NCBI RefSeq assembly: GCF_009914755.1
Contig: NC_060930.1
Direction: 5' to 3' (one strand)
DNA length: 64,000 nt
DNA from: the human T2T-CHM13v2.0 reference genome, Homo sapiens
The position numbers were made by a program, and so were the translations under genes. The notes under the pieces are model-generated. The model saw only the letters and a list, made by a program, of their open reading frames with translations. It was not told the origin of the DNA and did not search any database. The first letter of the stretch is position 1; each line of letters starts with the position of its first letter. Shown one piece after another: positions 42,786 to 57,689 of this stretch.

Positions 42786-43989
42786 ATTTTATTTATCTAA
42801 TAATCTGTTGATGGACACTTAAGTGTTCTCTATCTTTGTTATTGTGAACACTGCAGCAAGAAACACATAAGTGCAGGTTTTCTTTTTGACATAATGGTTT
42901 CTTTTCCACTGGGTAGATACACAGTAGTGGGACTGCTGTATGGAATGGCAGTTATATTTTTAGTTTTTTGAGAACTCTCTATACCGTTTTACACAGAGGT
43001 TGTACTAATTTACATTCCTGCAATATATAAGAGTTCCCCTTTCTCTGCATTCTCACCAATATTTGTTATTCTTTTACTTTAGTAATACCCATTCTGACTG
43101 GAATAAAATAAATCTCATTGTGGTTTTAATTTTCATTTCCCTGATGATTAGTGATGTTGAGCATTTTTTTCATATGTCTGTTGGACATTTATATGTCTTC
43201 TTTTAAAAACGTCTATTCATGTCCTTTGCCTACTTTCTAATGGGATTATTTTTTCTTGAGTTCTTTGTAAATTCTGGATATTAATTCCCTGTCAGATGAA
43301 CTGTTTGCAAATATTTTCTCTCATTCTTCCAGTTGTCTGTTTTCTTTGGCTGTGCAGAAGCTTTTTCATTTAATTAAATTTCTTTTGCTGTGCAGAAGCT
43401 TTTTAGTTTAATTAAATTCGATTTGCCTATTTTTGTTTTTGTTGCTTGTGCTTTTGAGGTCTTGTTAATGCATTATTGGCCTAGACCAATATCTGTAAGT
43501 TTTCTTTAGGTGTTCTTCTAGTATTTTTAGAGTTGAGGGTCTCATATTTAAGTATTTAATCAATGAGTTCTTTTTTATTATTATTATACTTTAAGTTTTA
43601 GGGTACATGTGCACAATGTGCAGGTTAGTTACATATGTATACATGTGCCATGCTGGTGTGCTGCACCCATTAACTCGTCATTTAGCATTAGGTATATCTC
43701 CTAATGCTATCCCTCCCCCCTCCCCCCACCCCACAACAGTCCCCGGAGTGTGATGTTCCCCTTCCTGTGTCCATGTGTTCTCATTGTTCAATTCCCACCT
43801 ATGAGTGAGAATACGTGGTGTTTGGTTTTTTGTTCTTGCGATAGTTTACTGAGAATGATGATTTCCAATTTCATCCATGTCCCTATAAAGGACATGAACT
43901 CATCATTTTTTATGGCTGCATAGTATTCCATGGTGTATATGTGCCACATTTTCTTAATCCAGTCTATCATTTTTGGACATTTGGGTTGG

Positions 43990-44546
43990 GAAAAGACCAA
44001 ATCTACGTCTGATTGGTGTACCTGAAAGTGAGGGGAGAATGGAACCAAGTTGGAAAACACTCTGCAGGATATTATCCAGGAGAACTTCTCCAATCTAGCA
44101 AGGAAGGCCAACATTCAGATTCAGGAAATAAAGAGAATGCCACAAAGATACTCCTCGAGAAGAGCAACTCCAAGACACATAATTGTCAGTTCACCAAAGT
44201 TGAAATGAAGGAAAAAATGTTAAGGGCAGCCAGAGAGAAAGGTCGGGTTACTCACAAAGGGAAGCCCATCAGACTAACAGCGGATCTCTCAGCAGAAACT
44301 CTACAAACCAGAAGAGAGTGGGGGCCAATATTCAACATTCTTAAAGAAAAGAATTTTGAACCCAGAATTTCATATCCAGCCAAACTAAGCTTCATAAGTG
44401 AAGGAGAAATAAAATCCTTTACAGACAAGCAAATGCTGAGAGATTTTGTCACCACCATGCCTGCCCTAAAAGAGCTCCTGAAGGAAGCACTAAACATGGA
44501 AAGGAACAACTGGTACCAGCCACTGCAAAATCATGTGAAATTGTAA
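43990..44546 (+). pseudogene. LINE-1 ORF1p C-terminal fragment
   Basis: FTKVEMKEKMLRAAREKGRVTHKGKPIRLTADLSAETLQ...WYQPLQNHVKL*. There is an upstream frameshift and no true start. Confidence 0.93.
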
Positions 44547-44609
44547 AGACCATCGAGACTAGGAGGAAACTGCATCAACTAACGAGCAAAATAACCAGCT
44601 AGCATCATA

Positions 44610-45901
<1,292 letters not shown>

Positions 45902-48869
45902 ATAATTCTTTAATTTCCATCTTGATTTCATTGTTGACCTAATGAAATTGAGAAGCAAGTTATTTAATTTTCATGTATTTGCATGATTTTGAAGGCTCCT
46001 TTTGGAGATGATTTCCAATTTTATTTCACTGTGGTCTGAGATAATACTTGATATAATTTCAATCTTCTAAAATTTATTGAGACTTGTTTTATGGCCTACC
46101 ATATGGTCTATCTTGGAGAAACTTCCATGCACTGATGAATGTAATGTATATTCTGTGGTTGTTGAGTAGAATTTCTGTAAATATCTGTTAACTCCGTTTG
46201 TTCTAGGGTATAGTTTAAATCCATTGTTTCTTTGTTGATTTTCTGTCTCGATAACCTGTCTGGTGCTGTCAGTGGAATACTGAAGCGCTTCACTATTATT
46301 GTGTTGCTGTCTTTCTCATTTCTTATCTCTAGTAGTAATTGTTTTATAAATTTGGCAACTCCAGTGTTAGGTGCATATATATTTATGATTGTGATATTTT
46401 CCTATTGGACAAGGCCTTTTATCATTATATAATGTCCCTCTGTTTTCTTAAACTTCTGTTGCTTTAAAGTTTGTTTTGTCTGATATAATAGCTACTCCTG
46501 CTTACTTTTGGTGTCCATTTGCATGGAATGTCTTTTTCCACCCTGTTACCTTAAGTTTATGTGAGTCCTTATGGTTAGGTGAGTCTCTTGAAGGCAGCAG
46601 ATATTTCATTGGTGAATTCTTACCCATTCTGCAAATCTGTATCTTTTTAGTGGAGCATTTAGGCCATTTACATTCAATGTTAGTATTGAGATGTGAGGTA
46701 CTATTCCATTCATAATACTCTTTGTTGCCTGAATACCTTGGGTTTTTAACATTTATTTATTTATTGTATTTTTTTATAGGTCCTGTGGGATTCATGCTTT
46801 AAAAAGGTTCAGTTTTGATATGTTTCCAGGATTTGTTTCAAGATTTAGAGTATCTTTTAGCAGTTCTTGTAGTGCTGGCTTTGTAGTGATGAATTTTCTC
46901 AGCATTTGTTTGTCTGAAAAAGACTGTATCTTACCTTCATTTATGAAGCTTAGATTCGGTGGATACAAAACTCTTGGCTGATAATTGTTTTGTTTAAGGA
47001 GGCTAAAGATAGGGTCCCAATCCCTTCTAGCTTGTACAGTTTCTGCTGAGAAATCTGCTGTTAATCTGATAGGTTTTTCTTTACAGGTTACCTGGTACTT
47101 TTGCCTCACAGCTCTTAAGATTCTTTCCTTTGTCTTGACTTAGGTAGCCTGATGACTATGTGCCTAGGCGATGATCATTTTGTGATGAATTTCCCAGATG
47201 TTCTTTGAGCTCTTTGTATTTGGATGTCTAGATCTCTAGCAAGGCCAGGGAAGTTTTCCTCAATTATTCCCTCCAATATATTTTCCAAACTTTTAGATTT
47301 CTCTTCTTTCTCAGTAACACCAATTATTCTTAGGTTTGATTGTTTAACATAATCCCAAACTCCTTGGAGGCTTTTTTCATTTTTAAAATTCTTGTTTCTT
47401 TGTCTTTGTTGGATTGGGTTAATTTGAAAACCTCGTCTTTGAGCTCTGAATTTCTTTCTTATGTTTGTTCGATTCTGTTGCTATTTCCTTCATTTCCCAA
47501 AGTTGTGATTGTTTTCTATTTATGCTGTCTATTTCACTGAAGATTTCTCTTCTCATATCTTGTATCTTTTTTTTTTAATTTCCTTAAGATAGACTTTTTT
47601 TATTTCCTTAAGTTGAACTTCACCTTTCTCTGGTGCTTCATCAATTAGCTTAATAATTGACTTTCTGAATCCTTTTTCTGGCAATTCAGAGATTTCTTCT
47701 TGTTTGGATCCATTGCCGGTGAGCTAGTTTGATTTTTTTAGGGGTGTTAAAGAACCTCATTTTGTCATATTATCAGAATTGTTTTTCTGGTTCCTTCTCA
47801 TTTGGGTAGACTACGTCAGAGGGAAGATGTGGGGCCCAAGGCTTCTGTTCATTGTCTTTTGTTCAACAAGGTGCTCCCTTGATGTAGTACTCTCCCTATT
47901 TTCCTAGGGATGTGGTTTCCTGAGAGCTGAACTGTAGGGATTGTTACTTCTCTTCTGAATCTAACTACCCAGCAGGGCTACTAGGCTCAAGGCTAGTACT
48001 GGGGGCTGTCTGCAGAGAGCCCTGTGATGTGAACCATCTTCAGATCTCTCACCTCCCCTACTCTGCTAGAGGTGGCAGGGGAGTGAAATGGACTCTGTGA
48101 GGGTCCTTAATTGTAGCTGTTTAAGGTACTAGTTTTGTGCTAGTTGGCCTCCTGCCAGGAGGTGGCACTTTCAAGAGAGCATCAGCTATGGTAGTATGGG
48201 GAGGAACAGGCAATGGGTGGGGCCCTAGAACTCCCAAGGGAATATAACCTTTGTCTTCAGCTACCAGGGTGGGTAGACAAAGACCATCAGGTAAGGGCAG
48301 GGTTAAGTGCATCTGAGCTCAAGACTCTCCTTGGCGAGTCTTGCTGCAGCTTCTGTGGGGGATGCGGGTGTGGTTCCCAGGTCAATGGAGTTATATTCCC
48401 AGGAGGATTATGGCTGGCTCTGCTGAGTCATGGAGGTTGTCAAGTAGGTGGGGGAAAGTTGGCAGTTACAGGCCTCCCCCAGCTCCCACACAATCCAAAA
48501 GCCCGGTTTCATGCCCACTGTACCCTCCAAACAGCACCAAGTTTGTTTCCAGGCAGTAGGTAAGCAGGACTGAGAATTTGCCCCAGGCTACCAGTCTCCC
48601 AGCTGAGAAAGCAAGCAGAGCTTTCCTGCCTCCTTGCCTGTGGACTCTGCACACCAGATTCATGCCCTCCCCTGAGTTCTGGCCAGAACACTTTGCATTC
48701 AGTTGGAATTGTTACGAAGTTCAGCTGGTGGTTTCCTTCTCCCTGTGGTCTTTTCCCAGTTCCTCTGGCAGCCCCTCCCCAAGGACCTCTATGAGACAGT
48801 CAGAAGTGGCTTCCCTGGGGACCCAGAGAGCCCACAGGGCTTTACCTGCAGCTTTTTCTACCCTTGTAT

Positions 48870-49316
48870 TTTTTTTATATATTTATTTATTTATTTTTAA
48901 TTTTATTATTATTATACTTTAAGTTTTAGGGTACATGTGCATAACGTGCAGGTTTGTTACATATGTATACATGTGCCATGTTGGTGCGCTGCACCCATTA
49001 ACTCATCATTTAGCTTTAGGTATATCTCCTAATGCTATCCCTCCCCCCTCCCCCTGCCCCACAACAGTCCCTGGTGTGTGATGTTCCCCTTCCTGTGTCC
49101 ATGTGTTTTTATTGTTCAATTCCCACCTATGAGTGAGAACATGCGGTGTTTGGTTTTTTGTCCTTGCGATAGTTTGCTGAGAATGATCGTTTCCAGTTTC
49201 ATCCATGTCCCTACAAAGGACATGAACTCATCATTTTTTATGGCTGCATAGTATTCCATGGTGTATATGTGCCACATTTTCTTAATCCAATCTATTGTTG
49301 CTAGACATTTAGGTTG
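48870..49316 (-). mobile_element. Short 5'-truncated L1PA4-like 3' fragment in the L1PB 5' UTR
   Basis: (TTTA)n tail then tatactttaagttttagggtacatgtgc...agacatttaggttg. The host resumes at gctcggctctctaaatt. Confidence 0.94.
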
Positions 49317-49643
49317 TTGCTCGGCTCTCTAAATTATCTCAGCTCCAGGTAAGATAAAATCCTTCTCCTGTGATCTGACTTTCAGGTTCCCCAGTGAGAG
49401 TGTGTGTTCAGAGATGGACAATCACCCTTTCCCAGTTTCACTGTTTGGACACTCACAGTATTTAGGCTGTCTCCTGGGTCCTCCAGGAGCAAACCACTCC
49501 TCCAAAGCGTCTGTAGATTCTCTCAGCTGTCCTAGTATATTCCTGGCAGGTAGTTCTTAGAGAAAGTGTTCACAATGTGAGACTCCACATGCTCCTCTTT
49601 CTGTCCAAGTGGGAGTGTAATTTATTCCTGCCTCCTATCCCTA

Positions 49644-49940
49644 TTTTTTTTTTTTTTTTGAGATGGAGTCTTGCTCTATCTGCCCAGGCTGGAGTGCAGT
49701 GGCACCATCTCAGCTCACTGCAACCTCTACCTCCATAGCTCAAGCGCTTCTCCTGCCTCAGCCTCCTGAGTAGCTGGGATTACAAGTTTGTGCCACCATG
49801 CTTGGCTAATTTTTGTGTTTTCAGTATAGACAGTGTTTCACCATGTTGGCCAGGCTGATCTCAAACTCCTGACCTCAAGTGATCCACCCACCTCAGCCTC
49901 CCAACATGCTGAGATTACAGGGGTGAGCCACCGTACCTGG
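49644..49940 (-). mobile_element. Full-length AluS (Sz/Sx-like)
   Basis: T-tail, dimeric body, cctcaagtgatcc. Confidence 0.94.
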
Positions 49941-50736
49941 TATGGAGCTAGTTTTAAGTATGTTTAATCAACCAATGACAACTCACTTCAGTAAATATGG
50001 TTTTATGAAGTAACCAAATATGGTTCTGTGAAGTAACCAAACAGCAAAAGCCCTTCACATCTGAAAGTCAGCCAATCAGGTAAAGACCCAATGACCACGC
50101 ATCTGAGTGCCAGGCAATCAACAACAGTCATATACAAATAACCACATAACTACAGTGATGTTAAATTACTCCATGTTCTCTGAAAACCTGCTAGTCATTG
50201 AACTTCATCATTTTCCAAAACTCTATAGAAGATTAGCATTCTTCTCTGCTTAGAGACACTGTGCCTGGCTTATACCTCCATCAAACTCTGTGGCCCCTCT
50301 TACATTCATATCAGGAGCTCCTAAGCCACCGATATGATGTCAGTGGGATCCACAGAACCCAATTTGAAAACATATGGTGTATACATTATGACAGTGCACT
50401 GAAAAAGATTGTTTAAGATTCTACAAGTAATCATATTTTGTCAAGTTTGGTGAGGTTTAAAAAGCATAAACTAAAATATCAGACAGCAGTGGCATATAAG
50501 TTGGGGAAGGGGTCAAAATTCAGCAACCTAAATCTTAGATTATTTAAGTTGGAGATATTGATTAATTTCTTAAATTTGTCTGCATGTTAAAAAAAATTCA
50601 AAGGCAATCATTAAGTAAACGACATAAAATGTGTAACTTCCATTCCAGAAAAAGAGAAACAAAGCAACAAAATAATCTGGATAATCCAATACGAGGAAGG
50701 AAAGGAAAAAAAAAAAGAAGCAAAGAAATGTATTAT

Positions 50737-50945
50737 CAGTGATGTTCTAGAGCCAGCTTATAGTCTTTCAGCAGCTTTCAAGAGCTGCTATGCACATCTC
50801 TTTTCATCTTTTCAAATCTACTTCAGTTACTTCATGTCAGTTGCTTGAATTCTGCCATCTTGACAGTATTTACATCAAGGAAATAATCAAATGCTACAAA
50901 TTAATAATCAAATGCTTTTGTTTCAGAGAGCCTGTGGTTTGTATT
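50737..50945. mobile_element. MER63-like hAT-Blackjack remnant
   Basis: cagtgatgttctagagccagct start and the motif agtatttacatcaaggaaataatcaaatgctacaaat. Confidence 0.6.
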
Positions 50946-52760
50946 TGTTTAGAAGATATCCACATAAAAATAGTAGAGTTGAAAAAATATGAACTTGATG
51001 TTGAGAACTAGTGACACTGAGCAGAGACAATTCTTATAAGGAGGTAGCTTCAATTGTGTAGTTGTTACAGAGTGGCATAGGGCCAAGGAGAAGTTGTTTT
51101 ATAATAAGGGGAAAAGCCTGAGCATGTTTACATGTAGAAGAGAGGGACCTAGCAGAAAAATAAAGCACACTTATGATACTGAAGAAAGAGAACAGAATTG
51201 ATAAACAGGGCCTTGATGCATTGACTGAATTAAGAACACAAATGAGAAGAAAAGAACAGAACACAACTGTTATGTAATGGGAGGAGAGGTTGAATGCAGA
51301 AGGTTGGTGTTTCTAGCAAATATGGGTATAAGGCAAAGTCCAATGTAAAACTCCCCATATTTAGTACAACCACATCCTCACATTTCTGCTTCCAACAAAA
51401 TTTGGGCTAGCCAAGCAACAGCAGCTTTTAAGATGAGATAGAATAAAGGTCTTGAAAGAACAGAGTGTGGATACTTTACTGCCATAGGAAACCACAGATG
51501 TTATCTTGATGTCCAAGGCAGCTGCAGAACTAACAGCATGGGCAAAAATTGCATCCTCTGGGAACCTACCTTTACTGTTTCTCCCTTTATCATATTCTCA
51601 TTTTTTTTCTCTCTCTCTTGTTCCCAACCCTCTCCTATGGAACACTCTGCATCAATTTTCACGTGAGGATCACATCTGCACTGAAGTCACTAGGACAGGC
51701 AGAGGTTGCTGCAGTTGCATTGATGGCTCTCGTCCTTAATGACACTTTTTTTTTCTCATCAAGATGGAGGCATAATGATCTTGAAGCAGCAAAGGGATCA
51801 ATTAAGATCCTGATCCCACTTCCCATCCTTCTATTCAGGCTGGGGTGATGGGATTTAGAGGAAGCATTGAGCATAGGAGAGATCCAGATTTTATTAGAGA
51901 AAATAAATGGAGGTCATATTCAGAGAATGGTTGAGGATTAGAGGTGTCAAAGAACTCAGCTGAAATATTCAAGAGAGAGGAGAAAACAATTATTTGAGGG
52001 AAAAAGGAAGCACATTACCAGAGTAAAGCAGGAATTAGTGGAAGGGAGAAAAGACTCCAGAGACTTTTTTTCTTGGATACTAATCAAAGGAGGATAGATG
52101 TGAGATACTGCATTTTTCTCTCACTACTAAATGATAAGATAGCGGAAGAAGGGATTTGGTACGTATTGCTAGGTTCTCGAGATAGCACTGGGAAAACTGA
52201 AAACATTCTCTAAGAACTCCTAAAGAATGTGGTCCCTAGTCTAGAGTTGTGATCTCCTTTTCACATGATTAAAGTTTTTGCTTGCATTCTACTGTTAGAG
52301 TGATTTTCCCCATAATACAAGTATTTGACACACTGGGGAGGCTGTTAGAAATAATTTAATGTAACAGCTTAATGTCCTTCTTGATTTCTGAAAGATATGT
52401 GAATATAATTATGGAATATTTTTCTTGATCCAAACAGGAAATGACCAAATAGATTGGGGTGACACCACTTAAAGAGGAAAATCTTGCAATTATTCTCCTT
52501 TATTGAGGCAAAAGCCATTACCCACCCATCTCCTTTTCAAGGAAAATGTTGCCTAGGATTTGGGACTCCAGATACTAGAAGAGTTAGGAAGGGTATCCAA
52601 TCACTATGGCCTTCACTGTTTGACTGTAAAATGAGGATGTTGGGCTGGATGATCTCAAAATACCTTGTCACCTCTAGAATCACAGTGATTCTCTGTGACC
52701 ATGTGCCCCTGTATAATGAGGGCAATCATCCTAAACCTTCTTAAGAGAGAAGTTATTCTT

Positions 52761-52867
52761 GGCGTGAACCCGGGAGGTGGAGCTTGCAGTGAGCCAAGAT
52801 TGCGCCACTGCACTCCAGCCTGGGCTACAGAGTGAGACTCCGTCTCAATAAAAACAAACAAACAAAA
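52761..52867 (+). mobile_element. 5'-truncated AluY fragment with long TSD
   Basis: ggcgtgaacccgggaggtggagcttgcagtg... TSD aagagagaagttattctt (52743-52760) and aagaaagaagttattctt (52868-52885). Confidence 0.95.
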
Positions 52868-55800
52868 AAGAAAGAAGTTATTCTTAAGAGAGATGACTCA
52901 TAAACTAACTGCTTCCTCACAAAACAGCTGCTGGCTAGACATTAGAAAAAAACTTTAAGTTAATTCATAGAACTTTAGAGCTAGAATAGACCAGTACTAG
53001 CCTGCAACCTGCCTCTTACAGGTGAGAATATAGTCCCAGATTGAGTTAATGACTTGCTTAAAGGAACACACTGATTAGTAGTGCAATTTAGCTTTTTGCT
53101 CATGGGCTATAGCATTTAAAACTTGCCTCTGATATACATATTCGGTGAGCTAAACTGAACTGCTTTTTAAAAAGCTTGTACACTTTTTATATAATTTCTA
53201 TTTCATAGAGATTTAAATAGAAAACAAGATTTTTAATAAGGAGATTTAAAGAGGCTTCATCACAGCAGCAGTACATAACATTCAATCTCCTACAGTAGGT
53301 TTTTACCAGTTTATTTCTCATCACACACAGGAGTTCATTAGCTTGGGTGAGAAAATGACTTCTATATTCAATTAAAGCTCACTGTCCATCTCATTTTAAA
53401 TGGGATTGTAATAGAAAATATTGTACCAGGTAAAACTTCAGGCCAATTCTGTGCAGATTGCAGTCAAATTGAGTATGTTTGAGGGGCCATAAAATTTATA
53501 ATTAAGCTTATGAAATATAGATGGTTTCTGATAGGGATGCTTCACAACAATTGATTGCTTTATAAGCCATAATAATTTGGAATAGGAAATAGAATAACCT
53601 CATAATTAAGTATTGCTTCTTTTTAACCTGAAAGTAGTGATTAAAGGACTACTCTGATTTTATAATTCTCTGAAATATTTAGATTTGTAGGCAATGGTGA
53701 AATGCTTTTTGATGCATCTTCTGAAATATAAAGTGTACAAAGCAAAGTGTAATCACATCCAAGAAGAACAAGCTGCATCTTTTCTTTTAGAATATTTTGT
53801 GTTTGTCTCCAGTAGCATTTTAATTTTATTTTAGTCTCGTGGACTGCTCTAGCTGGGACACTGTTTGCAATGTAAGGAATTTAAGATTTTAATTTTGTTC
53901 ATGACAAAAAAATGGCATTTAACTGATGGCCTTTGATAATCAGAGTAGAAAAGAGTGGCCATACTGAAAAATAAATCACTAATCACTTCATTTAGGAAAA
54001 CACTCCTGAAGCAAAGCTATAGCAAGGTAGAAAGTGAATATAAATCAATAAAATATTATGTGAAGTTTAGCTTTTAGGGAAGAGAAAATAGGTAACTTTC
54101 ACTGTCTATGGTATAGATTTTACAGTAAACAATAATAGCACATCTAAGGAGGCACCACTTACGTTCAGGTACGTATATGTACATTGTACACATTGTAAGT
54201 GTGTACATTTATTGCAATTTTCCTAATATATATTTTTGAAAAGGAACACTAGTTGTAATCCAATTTTTTTTTTTTACAGTTTGAAAGTTCCAAACCATTT
54301 TTACAATCAACTTCAATCTCTGTGTATAGGGTGAGAGGGGGTATGCATATGTGTCTGTGTGTCAGTGTTTCTTTTAGCCTTATGTTACCTATTACCTCAA
54401 CACAATTTTTAAAATAAGAACGTTAAATACTATAGAAGTTAAGCGAGTTAATCTATCATTAACTGGGATACCACAGCAAACATCAACCCCAATCATATTT
54501 TAAATAAAACTTCAAAACAACTCCTTGAAACAAGCACTGTAGAGTTAATGAAATGAAAATCTATACATATAAACTGCAGAAAACAACATTTTGCATTATT
54601 ACTTTAACGTTTAAAATATAGAAACTATAGTATATTATTTTCATTCAGAGAACTGTTCATGGGTTAACACAATTTTTCAAAGAAGAAAAATAAAAGTGAA
54701 TCTGAACTCTGTCATTTAGACCAAAAATGTTTTAAAGAAATGTCTTATTGAAGTCCACAGTGAGTTCTAGAAGTAGAACTCATTTGTAGCTAATATTAAA
54801 AATTCTATTTGAAAATATTACTTTGCCTTAGTATTAGAAAGATCTCTAAGATTCACTTTATATAGTTTTACAATTTAATGAAACCTAATGCTGTATTAGA
54901 GAGAGTGGAAACGCGAAGATATCCTCTGTTGTATTCTATTTTGTCTTTAAAGTTATCAGTATTGTATCACACGAATCAAAGTTAAATTGGATCTCTAATA
55001 GGCATTTTCTCTTGCTAACAAAAGCAACTGCTTAGTGTTTCCATTTAAATGTGAAATAAATCAATAATGTGATATAGGCAAGGAAGAAGAACATGCTCAC
55101 AAAGACAACAGATTTCTAAATAATGAAAATACAGTCTTGGGAGTCACATGCACCAATATCTGTGATGCCAGGAGATGTATCAATGATCATACTCTTGAAG
55201 ATTGTGATCCTGTCACCATGTTTACTACCGGATCTACATCTGAGATTGCTGGCTCTAGAGGTACCATGTGTGTGTGGATTCAGAGATGTATTCATCCCTT
55301 ATCATTACTCATTTAATATTTAAGCAAACTATTCTACCTCTCTGGGTCCTCTATGAGAATTGGAAATAAAAACAAAAGTCACACAAAAGATTTTTCCAAA
55401 GTGTGTTATACAGAATGTAACTTCTTATGATGTAAGTAAAGAATAAGTAAAAAATAAATCCTGTATTGAGGTATGATAAAGAAATATTAAACAAGTTTCA
55501 TTTTTCCTTTCCATTCTAAAGCACATTTAAAAATTCTAAGAGCACAATATACTGTGTGGCATTTCTCAAGTACACTTGCATGTGGAACTTTTAACAGAGT
55601 CCTTACTGAATCAGCATTTGGGAAATGCTATTGTAAATAATGGCTCTTACAAATTGTAGAAGAGCAAAGCATCTGGAATTAAGAACCCTTTTTTCTCACA
55701 CCAAATGTATTAGTGCAATAAACATTTGATTTGTAGTTAGTAATACAAGTCTTAAAACACAGAAGTTAGAAGACTTACTTTAAGTCAGATTATCTCTGAG

Positions 55801-56089
55801 GAATCCAGAGGCATAGCAAGTGGTTGAATTTATTATTCTAGAATTATATTGTGCCCAAAGCCCAATTGTCTTGGGGTTACGATTATTACTTGATTTATTA
55901 GACCTAAGTAATATTGGAATGCAAATATCCTGGAGAAATATCCTAGAGATATGTCCAAACTCTAAAGGAATCAGCTGATTATGTAATATAACATTATACT
56001 AAAGCCTAATTCAGGATGTTAAAACATATATAGTATGATTATCAACCCATAGAGAGCAAAAGTTGTTAATGCAGTCTACCCATATAGAA

Positions 56090-56720
56090 ATAAGGGTCCC
56101 CAAGGGGCAACTTCTGGCCCTGATGGCATGAAGAGGTTAGCAAATCCTCTGCCCCTTCAATAAAACATAAAACTATAGAAAATTATCCACATAATTTCAA
56201 GGATCTAGGAATTGATCAAGGCAAGTAACAACTCATGAAGTATTTATATAGGAAAACTTCATAGAATTCTATGTAAGAACAGTAGAAGTCTGTTAACTTT
56301 ATTGATGGGAGCTACTTCCACTATCTAGAAGACACCACATTCTAGACCACAGAACAAATTCCCATAAAATTAAAAGGATTGAAATAATACAAAGTGTGTT
56401 CTCCAACCATAATAAAATTAATCTGGAAATCAAAAATAGAAATAAAAAGGAAATCTGCAAAAAAGTGGAAATTAAACAATGTACTTCTAAATAACCGTAA
56501 GTTAAATAAGAAATCAAAAAGAAAATTGAAGATATTTTGAAGAGAATGAAAATAAAAACTGAATATAAAACTATGGGAGACTGAAAAACCACATTTATAG
56601 GGGCATTTAAAAATTTTAAACATTTATATTAGGAAGAAAAAATATTTAAAATCAATTATTGAAGTTTTTACCTCAAAAAAAGGGAAAATAAAATGTAAAA
56701 ACATGAAATAAATAAAAGAT
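56090..56720 (+). mobile_element. Old L1M fragments (5' piece plus ORF2 endonuclease region)
   Basis: agaccacattctag...ataatacaaagtgtgttctccaaccataat...ggaaattaaacaat. Confidence 0.7.
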
Positions 56721-56887
56721 AATTTTAAGTTACTTAAAAATTTTTTTCTTAAACTCCTTTCATTCATTTCTTCTTGTATTCTTAATTTTATAGCTCTTTA
56801 CAGTAAGTAGGAAATTTTGTTACTAGCCATTCCATCATTACCTTATACATGCCTCTTTATGAATCACTCTTTCTACCAAGTTGACAA

Positions 56888-57624
56888 TGATACAAACAGG
56901 AGGTAGGGAAATACTGGGTAGAAGAGTGCCATTCCCTGGCAAAGATTCCACCCTCAAGCCTGGAAACACACAGCCCTAAATGAGAACAGGCATTCCTATT
57001 TTCGCACTCAAATGTTTCCTTTTCCAACACCACTCTGACCTACCATGCCCCATCCTGTGCCCATATAAATCCCAAGCTTCAATAGCAGAGCAGCACAGCA
57101 GCACAGCAGAGGAGGAGAGAAGAGAAGAAGTGTCTGAACGTCAAGAGGAGTTCAGCTGAGGACAGTCGGAGTGGAAGTTGGCTGTGGGATAGCCAAACTC
57201 AAGGAGAAGATCATCTTCCCACTCTATCCCCTCTCCACCTTCCCATCTCACTGAGAGCCGCCTCCATCACTCAATAAAATCCCCGGACTCACCATCCTTC
57301 AACTCCATGTGACCTAATTCTTCCTGGACGCCAGACAAGAATTCAGGATGCACTCAGTGTGGGAATCCAAAAAGGCTGTCACACTGACTTTTCACTGAGT
57401 GGTTTAACATTTAAGCTGTCCCTGGACAGCAGGGCTAAAAGAACATTGTAATACCCCTAGACATTGCCATGGGGCTGGAGCCCAAAAGCACTCACCCCAG
57501 CTCCTGCACCTGCTCACTTGCATGCTCCCCCTCCCATAAGGGGTTTGGGTGCATGGCAGCCAAGTAAACAAGCCACACTTCTGTCACAAGTCCCATGAGG
57601 GGATCAGGGAACTCTCCCATTTCA
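56888..57624 (+). mobile_element. MER50-like ERV1 solo LTR
   Basis: tgatac...gggaaatactgggtagaagag start, TATA-like ccatataaat, AATAAA, and ...gggaactctcccatttca end. 4-bp flanks acaa/ataa. Confidence 0.85.
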
Positions 57625-57689
57625 ATAATAGATTGGATTGAATCTACTGAATACAGTGAGATAAATAAAGCTATGTTGCAATTGTTTAG

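Noticed and set aside
55068-55323. Cys-containing stop-free frames (e.g. ...GVTCTNICDARRCINDH...) as a possible exon
   Set aside because: No recognisable protein family, no convincing splice acceptor, and the length is compatible with chance. tBLASTn or conservation data would be needed.
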